A stretch of 52,656 nucleotides of DNA from Thermodesulfobacteriota bacterium. GTDB taxonomy: Bacteria > Desulfobacterota > BSN033 > WVXP01 > G020346125. This document shows positions 1 through 10,074 of this stretch, one piece after another (the first letter of the stretch is position 1; every line of letters starts with the position of its first letter). Both the position numbers and the translations under genes were made by a program. The notes beneath the pieces are model-generated. The model was not told the DNA's origin. It did no database searches and saw only the letters and a program-made list of their open reading frames with translations. The stretch lies in NCBI GenBank assembly GCA_041862515.1, contig JBGVTJ010000175.1:1-52656 (forward strand), read 5' to 3'.

Positions 1-145
1 GAGGATGTATTACGGGGCCATCTGGGAAAGCATATCCAAATGCTCTTGATGGGTTAGTTTTTGGAATGATGAATAATTGATTTCGATTTCTGTCCCGCCA
101 GATCCAGTACTGCTTTTTAGCTGTCCGTCAATTCCCTGGAGCTTT

Positions 146-522
146 TTACTTTGCCATCGAATTTTGACTTTTTACGAGATCATCAGCTTTGAATGCCTTA
201 ACATCTTCTCTCTTCTTTGACACGAGAAACCCGGAGCTCAATGTCAAGTTATCTTTCCTCCAAATGATCTTCACGATAAGATTCCCCATTGCCCATCTAC
301 CCGCATGTTTGGTCCCCAATTGTATCTGAATAATCTCAATAATCTCACTTAATGGTATATATATCGGCCTAGATGTGAGATACCACAAAAAGTAAAATCC
401 ACTGCCATCAAACCAGTACTTACCAGTCCCCGTGCAAAAAACTTGTTCTTGAGATACCGTTTCCACAACTTTCTCCCAACGACTTCAGTACCGAGATACA
501 AAACGGTATTTTCCCCCCACAT
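146..522 (-). pseudogene. hypothetical protein, probably frameshifted
   Basis: ATG at 522 reads MWGENTVLYLGTEVVGRKLWKRYLKNKFFARG; one extra G in the 4-G run (428-431) would join it to the 146..466 frame (TGKYWFDGSGFYFLWYLT...). Confidence 0.45.
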
Positions 523-690
523 AGCCAAATTCCGCAGTGCAAGAAGTTTATCCTTTGACCATTCTTCTCATTGTACACCTTTTATTCCTTCCATGAGGCA
601 TCGCAATCGCGTTGATTGCTGTTTGCAAGCGCTATTTCCAAAGGTCCCCTCAGCTTCAATATATTGTTCGGTAATGCATAAACGCAACCA

Positions 691-1251
691 CTATGTTAAA
701 TGCTCGATCAATATTTTTACCCCAATTCCGATCAACATCAGGCCACCCAGGATTTCAATCTTCTTTTCGAAAAAGTGTCCAACTCTATTTCCGATAAAAA
801 CTCCGAGTAACGTTAACACAAATGTTACGGTTCCAATTACTATTGCAGGGATCGCAATGGCGATTTTCAAAAATGAAAGGCTTATTCCAACTGCCAAAGC
901 ATCAATACTAGTTGCGATCGATAATATCAGTAAAACAAAAACATTTAACGGGTTTATTTGCCTCTCGATAGATTCTACCTTACATGATTCGTAGATCATC
1001 TTAAAACCAATCCCATTTAAGAGCCCAAAAGCGATCCAATGGTCAAACCCTGAAATAAAATCCCTTAAAGTGAGCCCTGCTAACCAACCTATGAGCGGCA
1101 TAAAAGCCTGAAATGATCCAAAACAGGTCGCTATCGTCAAGGCGTTCCTGATTCGTAGGTGTTTAATCGTTACTCCGCTTGCGATAGATACGGCAAAGGC
1201 ATCCATTGCAAGTCCAAATGCTATGCATACAGTTACAAATGCATCCATCAA
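691..1251 (-). CDS. mntP: manganese efflux pump MntP
   Basis: Hydrophobic 186 aa with LAMDAFAVS and ATSIDALAVG motifs. Confidence 0.93.
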   Translation of the reverse strand: MMDAFVTVCIAFGLAMDAFAVSIASGVTIKHLRIRNALTIATCFGSFQAFMPLIGWLAGLTLRDFISGFDHWIAFGLLNGIGFKMIYESCKVESIERQINPLNVFVLLILSIATSIDALAVGISLSFLKIAIAIPAIVIGTVTFVLTLLGVFIGNRVGHFFEKKIEILGGLMLIGIGVKILIEHLT

Positions 1252-1429
1252 TATCCCTTCTTATGGAGACGTTCTCATGCGCCCCACGGAACCTCGATAG
1301 CCCAAAACGGAGCGAACATCCGCGGGGTTTTCTCAAGCCAACCGAGCGAGCGAATCTACATCTCGCCAATTCAATGTAAGTATGATCAATTCCCGAGATT
1401 TTGCAAGGCAAATATTACCATCAATTCAG

Positions 1430-1459
1430 TTGCAATCCGGATGCCTTTAAGGGTAGAAT
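1430..1459 (+). promoter_or_regulatory. putative sigma70 promoter
   Basis: TTGCAA-N18-TAGAAT, 50 nt upstream of the 1509 ATG. Confidence 0.5.
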
Positions 1460-1508
1460 AAGACCCAATTGAGAGGCATATTTCGAAGAAACTATCAGGA
1501 GGTTACTG

Positions 1509-1976
1509 ATGGAAGCAGTCTGTTATACGCTAGAAGAGGCATTGGAGAAAGCCATCGAACAGGAAAAGAAGAGTTTTGAAATCTACCAGCGGGCCCTGAA
1601 GCTCGTGAAGAACCCATCGGCGAGGAAACTCCTCAAGGAGTTGGCCGAGGAGGAATTGGAACATAAGCATGCCCTGGAAAGGGCCTTGACCGGGGGGGCG
1701 GTTGCCCTCCATGGAGAGGAGGAAAAGGCTGGTCCCACCATGAACTTGACTTTGCTCGTTCAGGAGAGACCCCTGGATGAGAATGCATCTCCCCAGGACG
1801 CCCTGGCCTTCGCCATGCATGATGAAAAACGCTCAGTCGATTTCTACCAACAGATGGCAACCCAGTGCAGTGGTGCGCCCATGGAGGAGATCTTCTCCAG
1901 ATTCCACAAGGAAGAGACGGACCATCTCGCCAGACTTGAAGATACCTACGAAAAGCTCTTCATGAGCCAAATGTAG
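1509..1976 (+). CDS. rubrerythrin/ferritin-like di-iron protein
   Basis: Two ExxH helix pairs (EELEH, EETDH); strong SD AGGAGG. Confidence 0.85.
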   Translation: MEAVCYTLEEALEKAIEQEKKSFEIYQRALKLVKNPSARKLLKELAEEELEHKHALERALTGGAVALHGEEEKAGPTMNLTLLVQERPLDENASPQDALAFAMHDEKRSVDFYQQMATQCSGAPMEEIFSRFHKEETDHLARLEDTYEKLFMSQM

Positions 1977-2299
1977 GAATAACCCATTACTCGTTACCTT
2001 TTCCTCTCGAACGGATTCATGCCAAAAGCTCCTGTCGTGGTCCAAGGGATGGAGGAACACCATCCACCTTGAGAACTTCACTGATTTTCCCCGAGGCCTC
2101 AATAACGTCCAAAACCTCTGCGTGGATTAGCCACTTGGCTCTCGCCTCCCTTTCTTGCAAATCATTTCTCTCCCGAAAAACGAGGGGAAAAATGGATAAG
2201 GGGCATTCTTCGAACCACCGAAATAGCACAATAGGCTATCTTCTGTTTTGATCTTTTCCATGGCAATGCTTTATCAGGTTTGAAAGGAGGGAATGGAGG

Positions 2300-2719
2300 A
2301 TGAAATCCTTTAGGAAGGAGTTATGGTTCGATACCCATTCAAGAAGGGATTATATGAATATTACCCCTCAGGTTGAGGATTGTGTCAGAAGAAGTGGTAT
2401 TAGAGAGGGGCTATGCCTGGTAAACGCCATGCACATTACCGCCTCAGTATACATTAACGATGCAGAATCCGGCTTACTCCAGGACTATGATGAATGGTTG
2501 GAAAAGCTCGCCCCTCATGAACCGATTTCCCAATACAGGCATAATAGGACCGGTGAGGATAACGCGGATGCTCATCTGAAACGCCAGGTCATGGGCCGGG
2601 AGGTGGTGGTTGCCATCACGGATGGAAAGTTGGATTTTGGGCCTTGGGAGCAGATTTTCTATGGTGAATTCGATGGCCGCAGGCGAAAACGGGTCCTGGT
2701 GAAGATCATTGGGGAGTGA
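2300..2719 (+). CDS. yjbQ: YjbQ/UPF0047 family protein (secondary thiamine-phosphate synthase family)
   Basis: [25 protein letters not shown] motifs. Confidence 0.92.
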   Translation: MKSFRKELWFDTHSRRDYMNITPQVEDCVRRSGIREGLCLVNAMHITASVYINDAESGLLQDYDEWLEKLAPHEPISQYRHNRTGEDNADAHLKRQVMGREVVVAITDGKLDFGPWEQIFYGEFDGRRRKRVLVKIIGE

Positions 2720-2881
2720 AAAACGAAAGATGGATTTTACGGCTAGAATCGATAAAGATGTGCGTTTGAAATAGTAGAAGCCTTCGGAATTTGTGTGGTC
2801 GTGCAAGCTCCAGGAGCCTTTTGCATCAGTAGTTCCTAGTCAATACTAGGCCACTTCTCCTCAGAGTTATCTTTATTATCT

Positions 2882-3796
2882 TCACTGGAGTATTTTCCCC
2901 GAATCCTTCAAGTCGTACCCAGGCAGGGCCTTTGCTTCCTTCAAAAACCTCCTCGAATTGAGGAGGTTGAAGAATATCCGTACGGGCTCCATGGAGAGGT
3001 TTCCCTGGGGAACGAGCAGGTCGTATCGTTCGGTGGTGACGGGGAAGAATTGGAGTCCCAAGAATTCGGCAACAGGCTGAATCCCCAGTCCCACATCGGC
3101 TTCCCCCTTTAAAAGGGCCAAACCCACCTCCAGGTGTTTATAAACCTCATTCGCATAGCCACTCACCTTTTTCGGGTCGACCCCCTCTTGAGTTAGCAGG
3201 TGATCAAGAAGAATCCTCGTCCCTGATCCCCTCTCTCTGTTGATCAACCGTATTCCCGGCTGAAGGAGATCTGCCGCACCCCGAAAAACGGGGGATCCTT
3301 TCTGCCGAAACATCCATCCCTGGCTTCGATAGGCTAGATTAAATACGAAAAGCCGCTCTTTGGGTACAAAATTCCTCAGGTAAGGCAGATTATATTGGCC
3401 GCTTTGGGGATGGTAAAGATGGACTCCTGCCAGGTGGGCCTTCCCCTCTCGAATGGCCCTGATACCCTCCAGACTCCCATTTGTGGCATAGTAGGTGAGG
3501 AGTTCAGGGCATTCTGCATGGAGAATCTTTGCGATCACTCGGCTCAACAAGAGGTCGTCGCTCCCTGCAATGAAGAGAGCATTTTTGACCTCTGGCTCAG
3601 ATAGACCGGGGGCCGGTCCTCCTCCCCCAAGGGAATGAAATTCGATCCACTCCCGGAGTTGAGATCGAGAAAAGGTCCATTTACCGGTAATTCGCGCACC
3701 GGGAACCCTTCCCTCTTTCACTAGTCGATAGATGACTTTCTCGTTAAGGTTCAGGTATTCAGCCGCTTCCTTTGCCGTCAACATCTCTTTTTCCAT
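2882..3796 (-). CDS. excisionase-type HTH + molybdate/tungstate PBP-like transcriptional regulator (TaoR-like)
   Basis: N-terminal LTAKEAAEYL...GKWTF HTH_17; C-terminal GSDD, GSLEG, NRERGSGTR PBP_like motifs; downstream of tupBC. Confidence 0.8.
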   Translation of the reverse strand: MEKEMLTAKEAAEYLNLNEKVIYRLVKEGRVPGARITGKWTFSRSQLREWIEFHSLGGGGPAPGLSEPEVKNALFIAGSDDLLLSRVIAKILHAECPELLTYYATNGSLEGIRAIREGKAHLAGVHLYHPQSGQYNLPYLRNFVPKERLFVFNLAYRSQGWMFRQKGSPVFRGAADLLQPGIRLINRERGSGTRILLDHLLTQEGVDPKKVSGYANEVYKHLEVGLALLKGEADVGLGIQPVAEFLGLQFFPVTTERYDLLVPQGNLSMEPVRIFFNLLNSRRFLKEAKALPGYDLKDSGKILQ

Positions 3797-3817
3797 GGGA
3801 TTCCCCCGCTGGCTCCA

Positions 3818-4849
3818 TCAGAGGAGATGGACAGAGCTGGCTTTGAAGGTGACATATATCCGGGAACTCACATTCAATTCCAGCCTGCGAAAGGAGTGTT
3901 CCGTGATTTGGACCCTGAAGGTCTCGCCCGCATTCACTACCAATTCTACCCTCCCCCCCTGTTCAACCACCTGGGCAATGGTCCCCTCGTATCGATTCCT
4001 GGCACTGGAGGCGAAGGGCTCCTTGGAGACGATGATATCCTCTGGATTTACGGAGATGTGATTGGAGGATAAGGACGAAAATTCCTGGGGGATCCAAATC
4101 TGGATCTTGCCCGTATCGAAGTAGGGACCGTCCGGGGAGGCCTTTATGGCGCCATCAAACAGATTATGCATGGTGGAGGGAACCAGCCGCCCTTCAAAGA
4201 CGGGAAAGACATGATGTGCGAACCGATATGCCTGGGAAAGATCATGCGTCGTGAGGACAATCGTTGTTTCACGATCTCGATTGATGGCCGCAATAATCTC
4301 CTCAAACTGATGGATATGCCTCACATCAACGTTTGCCGCAGGCTCATCGAGAAACAGGATCTTCGGATCGATGACCAAGGCCCTGGCAATGGCGACCAGC
4401 TGGATCTCACCTCCCGAAAGCTCCCTTGCCCTCCTTTCCGCCATCCCCCCCAAACCTACCTGCTGGAGGGCACCTTTGATGATGGCCGCCCAATTTTTCC
4501 TGGGAATCCCCCGAACCCTCAGGCCGTAGGCGACATTCCTCTCCACCGTGGTATTAAAGAGATAAGGGGTTTGAAGGGTCATGGCCATGGATCTCTGTAT
4601 CTCCAGCCGACTGATCTCATCGCACTGGATGCGTTTCCCCTCGAAGAAGAGTTGTCCTGTGGTTGGCCGAAGGAGAAGATTCATGATGTAGACAAGCGTT
4701 GTCTTTCCGGACCCATTGGGTCCGACCACACCGTAGATCTTTCCCCTTTGGATGGAGAGATGCGGCATATCCAAGACCATCTTTGCATTATAGTAGTGGG
4801 TTACATTCCGCAGTTCCAGTTGAGGTATTTCACCAATCTCCTTCATCAT
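3818..4849 (-). CDS. tupC: tungstate ABC transporter ATP-binding subunit with TOBE domain
   Basis: GPNGSGKT, LSGGE, LFLDEP; C-terminal SARN...VTFKASSV TOBE. Confidence 0.85.
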   Translation of the reverse strand: MMKEIGEIPQLELRNVTHYYNAKMVLDMPHLSIQRGKIYGVVGPNGSGKTTLVYIMNLLLRPTTGQLFFEGKRIQCDEISRLEIQRSMAMTLQTPYLFNTTVERNVAYGLRVRGIPRKNWAAIIKGALQQVGLGGMAERRARELSGGEIQLVAIARALVIDPKILFLDEPAANVDVRHIHQFEEIIAAINRDRETTIVLTTHDLSQAYRFAHHVFPVFEGRLVPSTMHNLFDGAIKASPDGPYFDTGKIQIWIPQEFSSLSSNHISVNPEDIIVSKEPFASSARNRYEGTIAQVVEQGGRVELVVNAGETFRVQITEHSFRRLELNVSSRIYVTFKASSVHLL

Positions 4850-5541
4850 TGACGGCCCTTCACTTGTAGAAAGTGGAAGAAGATGTTGATGGAAAAGACT
4901 ACCAAGAGGAGGAAAAATCCGAGGGCCAGGCCAAACCCGAACTCTCCCTTACTCGTTTCCAGGGCGATGGCGGTTGTCATGGTCCGCGTGTAGGAGCGGA
5001 TGTTTCCCCCCAGCATCATAGCCGATCCAACTTCGGAAACGGCCCGGCCAAAGCCCGCTATAATAGCAGCCAAGAGGGAAAACCGTGCCTCCATCAGTAT
5101 CGTCCAGGCCATCATGGCCCTTCCCGCCCCGAGAGTTTTGGCCGTGAGAATCGCCCGTGGATCCACAGCCTGGACCGCCGACACGGTTAAATTGGCTATG
5201 ATGGGAAGGGAGAGGATGAACTCCCCGACAATCACAGCACCAGGGGTAAAAAGCAGATTTAGAAAACCCAAGGGGGCCCGGCGGGATAAAAAGCCATAGG
5301 CGAGCAGGCCAATAACAACCGTGGGGAGGGCCATGAGGGTGTTCATGAGGGTCAGTAATCCCGATTTTCCCCGGAACCTCTTGGTACCAACGAGAAAACC
5401 GATAGGCACTCCGCACAGAGCTGCCATCAAGGTAGCGGTCAAGGCAAAAAACAGGGACCTCCCTACGATTCCATAGATCTCCCCCTCAAAGGAGAAGATG
5501 AGGTTTATGGAATCCCCAAAGGCCTCAAAAAGGTATTCCAT
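4846..5541 (-). CDS. tupB: tungstate ABC transporter permease
   Basis: LPTVVIGL and FGRAVSEVGSAMMLGGNI...TRTMTTAIALE motifs. Confidence 0.9.
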   Translation of the reverse strand: MEYLFEAFGDSINLIFSFEGEIYGIVGRSLFFALTATLMAALCGVPIGFLVGTKRFRGKSGLLTLMNTLMALPTVVIGLLAYGFLSRRAPLGFLNLLFTPGAVIVGEFILSLPIIANLTVSAVQAVDPRAILTAKTLGAGRAMMAWTILMEARFSLLAAIIAGFGRAVSEVGSAMMLGGNIRSYTRTMTTAIALETSKGEFGFGLALGFFLLLVVFSINIFFHFLQVKGRQ

Positions 5542-5645
5542 GATTCACCACACAGGAACTTAGCCCTCGGAAACAGACCTTACCCGATTGTATCCTTTCA
5601 TCGAAATCTAACAGAAAAAGGAACAAGAGTCAACTTAGATAGAAA

Positions 5646-5675
5646 ATAATAACTTATAATAACTAATTTAAACTT
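5646..5675. promoter_or_regulatory. three 10-bp direct repeats in the divergent tupA/tupB promoter; candidate operator
   Basis: ATAATAACTT-ATAATAACTA-ATTTAAACTT. Confidence 0.5.
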
Positions 5676-5774
5676 TACTCCTTGAAATCAAGTCCAGTCC
5701 GTGGTACACTTTTCGGGTCCTGGGGTAGATCACCGTATCGGTTTAACCATTTCATCAGGAAGGGGGTACATCCC

Positions 5775-6590
5775 ATGAAGAGGTCCATAGTTTTCCTCCT
5801 CATGTTCAGCGTTGCTCTGGCGTTCTCATCACCGGGTTCGGCCGGGGAACGGTTGAAGATCTCAAGTACTTCCAGTACCGATAACACGGGGCTCTTCCAG
5901 GCGCTAAACCCACCCTTTGAAAAGAAGTTTCGCTGCCGGGTCGACGTGGTTGCGGTGGGCACGGGAAAGGCACTGAAGATCGGCGAGATGGGTGATTGTG
6001 ATGTTGTCTTCGTTCACAGCAGACCGGCCGAGGATAAATTTGTGGCAACTGGCTACGGGGTTAACCGAAGGGATGTCATGTACAATGACTTCATCATCGT
6101 GGGACCAAAGAACGACCCCGCACATATTCGGGGGACCAAAGATGCCAAGAAAGCCCTAGCGGCAATCGCTCAGGCCGGGGCACCCTTCATCTCCCGGGGG
6201 GATGATTCCGGCACCCACAAAAACGAGAAATCCCTCTGGAAGAAAGCCGGCATTGTCCCCAAAGGCAGGTGGTATTCGGAGGCCGGCCAGGGCATGGGTG
6301 CGGTCATCCACATTGCCAATGAGAAGCTCGCCTATACCCTGGCAGATCGAGGAACTTATTTGGCCTATAGAAATAAGGTATCTCTGGAGATCCTCTGCGA
6401 GGAAGACCCTGATCTCTTTAATCCCTACGGAATCATTGCCGTCAATCCGGCCAAACATCCACACGTGAATTACGTGCTGGCCATGGCCTATATTGGGTGG
6501 GTAACATCACCCGAAGGACAGAAGATCATTCGGGGATTCGGGAAGGAAAAATTCGGACAGCCGCTCTTCATACCGGTGGCAGTGCCGTAA
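5775..6590 (+). CDS. tupA: tungstate ABC transporter substrate-binding protein
   Basis: Signal peptide from ATG 5775; VGTGKAL, FVHS, SRGDDSGTH, GQGMG, DRGTY motifs. Confidence 0.9.
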   Translation: MKRSIVFLLMFSVALAFSSPGSAGERLKISSTSSTDNTGLFQALNPPFEKKFRCRVDVVAVGTGKALKIGEMGDCDVVFVHSRPAEDKFVATGYGVNRRDVMYNDFIIVGPKNDPAHIRGTKDAKKALAAIAQAGAPFISRGDDSGTHKNEKSLWKKAGIVPKGRWYSEAGQGMGAVIHIANEKLAYTLADRGTYLAYRNKVSLEILCEEDPDLFNPYGIIAVNPAKHPHVNYVLAMAYIGWVTSPEGQKIIRGFGKEKFGQPLFIPVAVP

Positions 6591-6591
6591 T

Positions 6592-6619
6592 GGGCTTTCT
6601 CGTTAGCCCGGCCTTTTTT
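6592..6619 (+). terminator. putative intrinsic terminator after tupA
   Basis: GGGCT-loop-AGCCC followed by a T-run. Confidence 0.45.
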
Positions 6620-6628
6620 ACCGGGAGG

Positions 6629-7072
6629 CTATCCTCGATCTGCTCTTTGCCTCATTTCAAAGGCCTTTTGAATCACCTTTTTCGTTTTCCCTGGAAGACC
6701 GTGACAGGAGATCTCCGATACGGGAACCCACTGGACTTCCAAGGCATCGCTGGAGGGTTTTCCTTCTCCCAAAACGTGTTCGCAGAGGAAATCCACGAGA
6801 ACGTAATGGTATTGGACCCTTCCCTCGGGATCGCGGAAGATTCGCTCCAGGACTTCAACCACCCCTCCCACGCGTACTGCCAGGTTCACCTCCTCAGAAA
6901 CCTCCCTTACAACGGCTTCCTCCAGCGACTCTCCCAGCTTTACTGCTCCGCCTGGGATACTCCATTTCCCGTAGCCCGGCTCCTTTCCCCTTCTGGCCAG
7001 CAGGACCTCTTCTCCCCTTATGATGATAGCCCCGACCCCGATGATGGGATGATTCGGGTATTCCCGCTTCAC
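6629..7072 (-). CDS. NUDIX hydrolase (ADP-ribose pyrophosphatase-like)
   Basis: Nudix box GGAVKLGESLEEAVVREVSEEVNL; GTG start. Confidence 0.9.
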   Translation of the reverse strand: MKREYPNHPIIGVGAIIIRGEEVLLARRGKEPGYGKWSIPGGAVKLGESLEEAVVREVSEEVNLAVRVGGVVEVLERIFRDPEGRVQYHYVLVDFLCEHVLGEGKPSSDALEVQWVPVSEISCHGLPGKTKKVIQKAFEMRQRADRG

Positions 7073-7178
7073 ACCATTTCACCAGTAAGAGTTATCCTAA
7101 AGGCCTCGCATTCTTGAACACTTCGTTCTGATTGTTCTGGAGACCTTACCATAATAATGAAGACCTGCCAATCATAAA
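7040..7178. repeat. copy 1 of a diverged direct repeat (NUDIX 5' end plus promoter)
   Basis: Aligns with about 11520-11660, e.g. shared ATGGGATGATTCGG and CCATTTCACCAGTAAGAGTT. Confidence 0.85.
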
Positions 7179-7203
7179 TAAACCAGTTTCCTGAGTCTCT
7201 AGG

Positions 7204-7465
7204 GAACACCGCTCTCCATGAGCGCAATTTGCTTCAGAAGGATCACGTCGAAACAGGCCGTTGCCCTGGTTCTCTGGAGCGAACATTAAAGAATTTTGCT
7301 ACCCATTCTTAGTGAAGCGAAACGACCACAAATCCAATGTCTGAGCCCACAGGGCGAGTTTTGGATTTGCAGTGAAGCGAACTGTAGAGTGGTCCACAAT
7401 TCTTTTCAGTGAGCGAAAGGGAATTTGGGCAACAGACCCGAGCAACCGAAGGGACAACGGTGTTC
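7204..7465. repeat. nested palindromic REP/MITE-like element, copy A
   Basis: Ends GAACACCG/CGGTGTTC; inner arms TTGCCC/GGGCAA, AAAGAATT/AATTCTTT, CAAATCCAA/TTGGATTTG; core shared with 39270-39362, right arm shared with 22342-22370. Confidence 0.75.
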
Positions 7466-7699
7466 GCTTATGAGAAATATAATATAGATCGCTTCAAAGC
7501 GACCAAAATCGCGAGAGAGTGAGCGGACAAGATGCGGGAGTTGACAAAACCGATCATGAGAAACAAGATATGGAATGGACCTTTGAAGCCATTCTGTCTT
7601 GTTCAGATTGTCTTTGAATGCTCATTTTATTGTCTATCATAGACGTTGCCCACTTCACGATTCTGGAATTTCGTTGCGGACAGAGGAGCTCTATTTTCT

Positions 7700-8212
7700 T
7701 CAGTCCTGAAACTTGAAATCACCGAACTTCTTAACGTAGGGGATTAATCCCCCTTCATCAAGAATTTGAATCATAACAGACGGAAGTTTGCCAAACTTCA
7801 GTCTATCCCCAGTGGAGAGGTTACGGAGGGTGCCAGATGCTAAGTCAACCTCAAGCTCATCCCCATCGCTGATATTCTCAGTATCAGCTATTAATACAGG
7901 TAGGCCAATATTAATAGCATTGCGGAAGAAGATGCGGCCGACTGACTTGGCAATAACCGCACTGACACCATTCATTTTTATTACCCTGGGAGCTTGCTCC
8001 CTGCTGGATCCCAGCCCAAAGTTTTTTCCTGCGATGACAAAATCCCCCTGTTGAACTCGGGCGGTAAAATTGGGATCGGCATCCTCAAATGCATGTTTTG
8101 CGAGTTCGGGGAGGTTGCTTCTCAGGTGCGTGTATCTCCCCGGCGCAATGAGATCAGTAGATATGTCATCCCCAAACCTAATCGCCTTACCTTTTAACAT
8201 GGTTTTTAGCAT
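7700..8212 (-). CDS. leuD: 3-isopropylmalate dehydratase/homoaconitase-family small subunit (short archaeal-like type)
   Basis: DDISTDLIAPGRY, NFGLGSSREQA, IFFRNAINIGL; start at 8212 after SD GAGG; substrate uncertain. Confidence 0.8.
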   Translation of the reverse strand: MLKTMLKGKAIRFGDDISTDLIAPGRYTHLRSNLPELAKHAFEDADPNFTARVQQGDFVIAGKNFGLGSSREQAPRVIKMNGVSAVIAKSVGRIFFRNAINIGLPVLIADTENISDGDELEVDLASGTLRNLSTGDRLKFGKLPSVMIQILDEGGLIPYVKKFGDFKFQD

Positions 8213-8246
8213 GATAGCACCTCTTTCCTTCCGTACGTTCACTCGC

Positions 8247-9503
8247 TCAGGATAAGCATTTCTCAGGGCTGGTAATCTCTCCCGTGATCGCCGAAGCTGC
8301 TGCCGTAGCGGGGCTGGCGAGATAGACAAAGGATTCGGGGTTTCCCATACGCCCTTTGAAATTGCGGTTGGTGGTTGATAGACACATCTTATCTTTTGCC
8401 AAAATTCCCTGGTGAATCCCAGCGCAGGCCGCACACCCAGGGTTTAGCACGGCTGCCCCGGCATTAATAAAGATCTTGATATATCCTTTGTCCAGGGCTT
8501 CCCGGTACACAGTTCGGGAGGCCGGGACAATAATGAGTCGAGTTTGAGGATGTCCCTTCTTCCCATTGAGAATGCTGGCTGCCACGGCTAAATCCTCAAG
8601 ACGAGCATTCGTGCATGAGCCGATAAACACTTGATCAACCTTGGTTCCCGCCACTTTGCTTACCGGAACAACATTATCTACGCTGTGGGGCTGTGCCACC
8701 ATAGGTCCCAGCTTTCTCGCATCTATTTCCACAACCTTTTCGTAGATGGCATCAGGATCAGGCAGGAGAGACTGGAAACGATCACCACGTCCATGGGTCT
8801 CGAGATATGCCCTGTTTATTTCATCAGCAGGGAAGAGACCTACCTTGGCGCCGGCTTCCACCGCCATATTGGCAACAGTGAACCGTTGCGACATGGTCAT
8901 TGTTCTTATGGTATCTCCTCCAAATTCGAGGGCCTTGTAGGTTGCACCCTCAGCCCCCAAGAGTCCAATGAGGTGAAGGATCAGGTCTTTGGAGTAAACT
9001 CCGCGGGGGAACTTACCGGTGATTTTAACCAGGAAGGTCTCTGGTACCCTGAGCCAAGTCTTGCCCAATGCCATGGCAACAGCAATATCGGTTGAGCCCA
9101 TTCCAGTGGCAAAAGCCCCTAGTCCACCAATGGTACAGGTGTGAGAGTCACCCCCTAATACTATGTCTCCTGGATTAGCCCAGTCCTCAACTACAAGCTG
9201 GTGACAAATTCCGTCGCCTACCTGGTAGAGAGGACACCCGAACTCTTGAGCAAAAGTCCTCAGAACCTTCTGGTCGTTGGCAAGCTCTAAACGGGGGCTG
9301 GGTGCACAATGGTCGAGAAAGATAGGAGTGGACTTGGGATTAGCCAGTTTACCCAAACCGCTTTCCTTGAACTGGGTTATTGTGAGGGGGCCGCTGATAT
9401 CATGAGTAAATACCAAATCAGCAGGGACTATGACGATATCCCCAGCTTTGGCATCGACCCCAGATTTGTTGCTCAGTATCTTCTCAGTAAGCGTTTTTCC
9501 CAT
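8247..9503 (-). CDS. leuC: 3-isopropylmalate dehydratase/homoaconitase-family large subunit (about 420 aa type)
   Basis: DSHT, IGSCTNAR, GCAACAG [4Fe-4S] Cys, TNRNFKGRMG; substrate uncertain. Confidence 0.82.
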   Translation of the reverse strand: MGKTLTEKILSNKSGVDAKAGDIVIVPADLVFTHDISGPLTITQFKESGLGKLANPKSTPIFLDHCAPSPRLELANDQKVLRTFAQEFGCPLYQVGDGICHQLVVEDWANPGDIVLGGDSHTCTIGGLGAFATGMGSTDIAVAMALGKTWLRVPETFLVKITGKFPRGVYSKDLILHLIGLLGAEGATYKALEFGGDTIRTMTMSQRFTVANMAVEAGAKVGLFPADEINRAYLETHGRGDRFQSLLPDPDAIYEKVVEIDARKLGPMVAQPHSVDNVVPVSKVAGTKVDQVFIGSCTNARLEDLAVAASILNGKKGHPQTRLIIVPASRTVYREALDKGYIKIFINAGAAVLNPGCAACAGIHQGILAKDKMCLSTTNRNFKGRMGNPESFVYLASPATAAASAITGEITSPEKCLS

Positions 9504-9587
9504 ACAGTTCCTCCTTCCTCAGGAAAATCTCCCCTTGATGTTGACACCCAGTGAAATGAGGTTGATGGAGCGCTAAATTCCTGGATG

Positions 9588-9712
9588 GTCAACCTGACCC
9601 CTTTACCAACATCGTCAATATCTTCCAATCAGCTCAGCATGTTGAGTAGCTGCCCAGCATTCTGCTTTGAGCTGGTTTAGCGGAGTGTTTCACACAATCC
9701 CGAAATTTGTCA
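9588..9712 (-). pseudogene. C-terminal remnant of an MmgE/PrpD-family protein
   Basis: DKFRDCVKHSAKP / frameshift / SKQNAGQLLNMLS*LEDIDDVGKGVRL resembles the MmgE/PrpD C-terminus. Confidence 0.55.
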
Positions 9713-9725
9713 CAAAACGCAAGCG

Positions 9726-9975
9726 GCAGAGAACCCTGGAGTATCTTTCTCCACATTAAAGAGGTTGATCCCCTCATCTCGTTTGCCATGATCAGTGTAG
9801 GCAGCAACGGTTGCGAACTCACAGATGGGCCCAGCAGAGGGCATCCATTTTTTGAAGAGCTGTTTAGGAAAGACATTGGTCTTCTCTGCATCATCTACCA
9901 GGGGGGCGATCTTCTTTTCCGCAAAGCTTCGAATAGCTTTCTGATAAGGTCAATGTTCCTCTGTGAGGTTATTTT
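9726..9975 (-). pseudogene. acyl-CoA dehydrogenase remnant (N-terminal and middle fragments joined)
   Basis: LTEEH...KAIRSFAEKKIAPLVDDAEKTNVFPKQLFKK, then GPICEFATVAAYTDHGKRDEGINLFNVEKDTPGFS; disrupted reading frame. Confidence 0.75.
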
Positions 9976-10074
9976 ATTCCCCCCCTAATCATCCTGTATA
10001 TCTCTTTTACCCAGCTTCATCTCTGTGTTCGTACTCAACTATCCGGACCTCTGGAATGGTTTGTCCCTGATATT

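Noticed and set aside
1255-1380. yybP-ykoY manganese riboswitch upstream of mntP
   Set aside because: The expected conserved core (GGGGAGUA-type start) is not visible; the region has GAGCGAA words more like the REP-like repeats. An Rfam scan would settle it.
1980-2260. Small ORFs between the rubrerythrin-like gene and yjbQ
   Set aside because: Several overlapping short frames with no recognisable motif or convincing SD.
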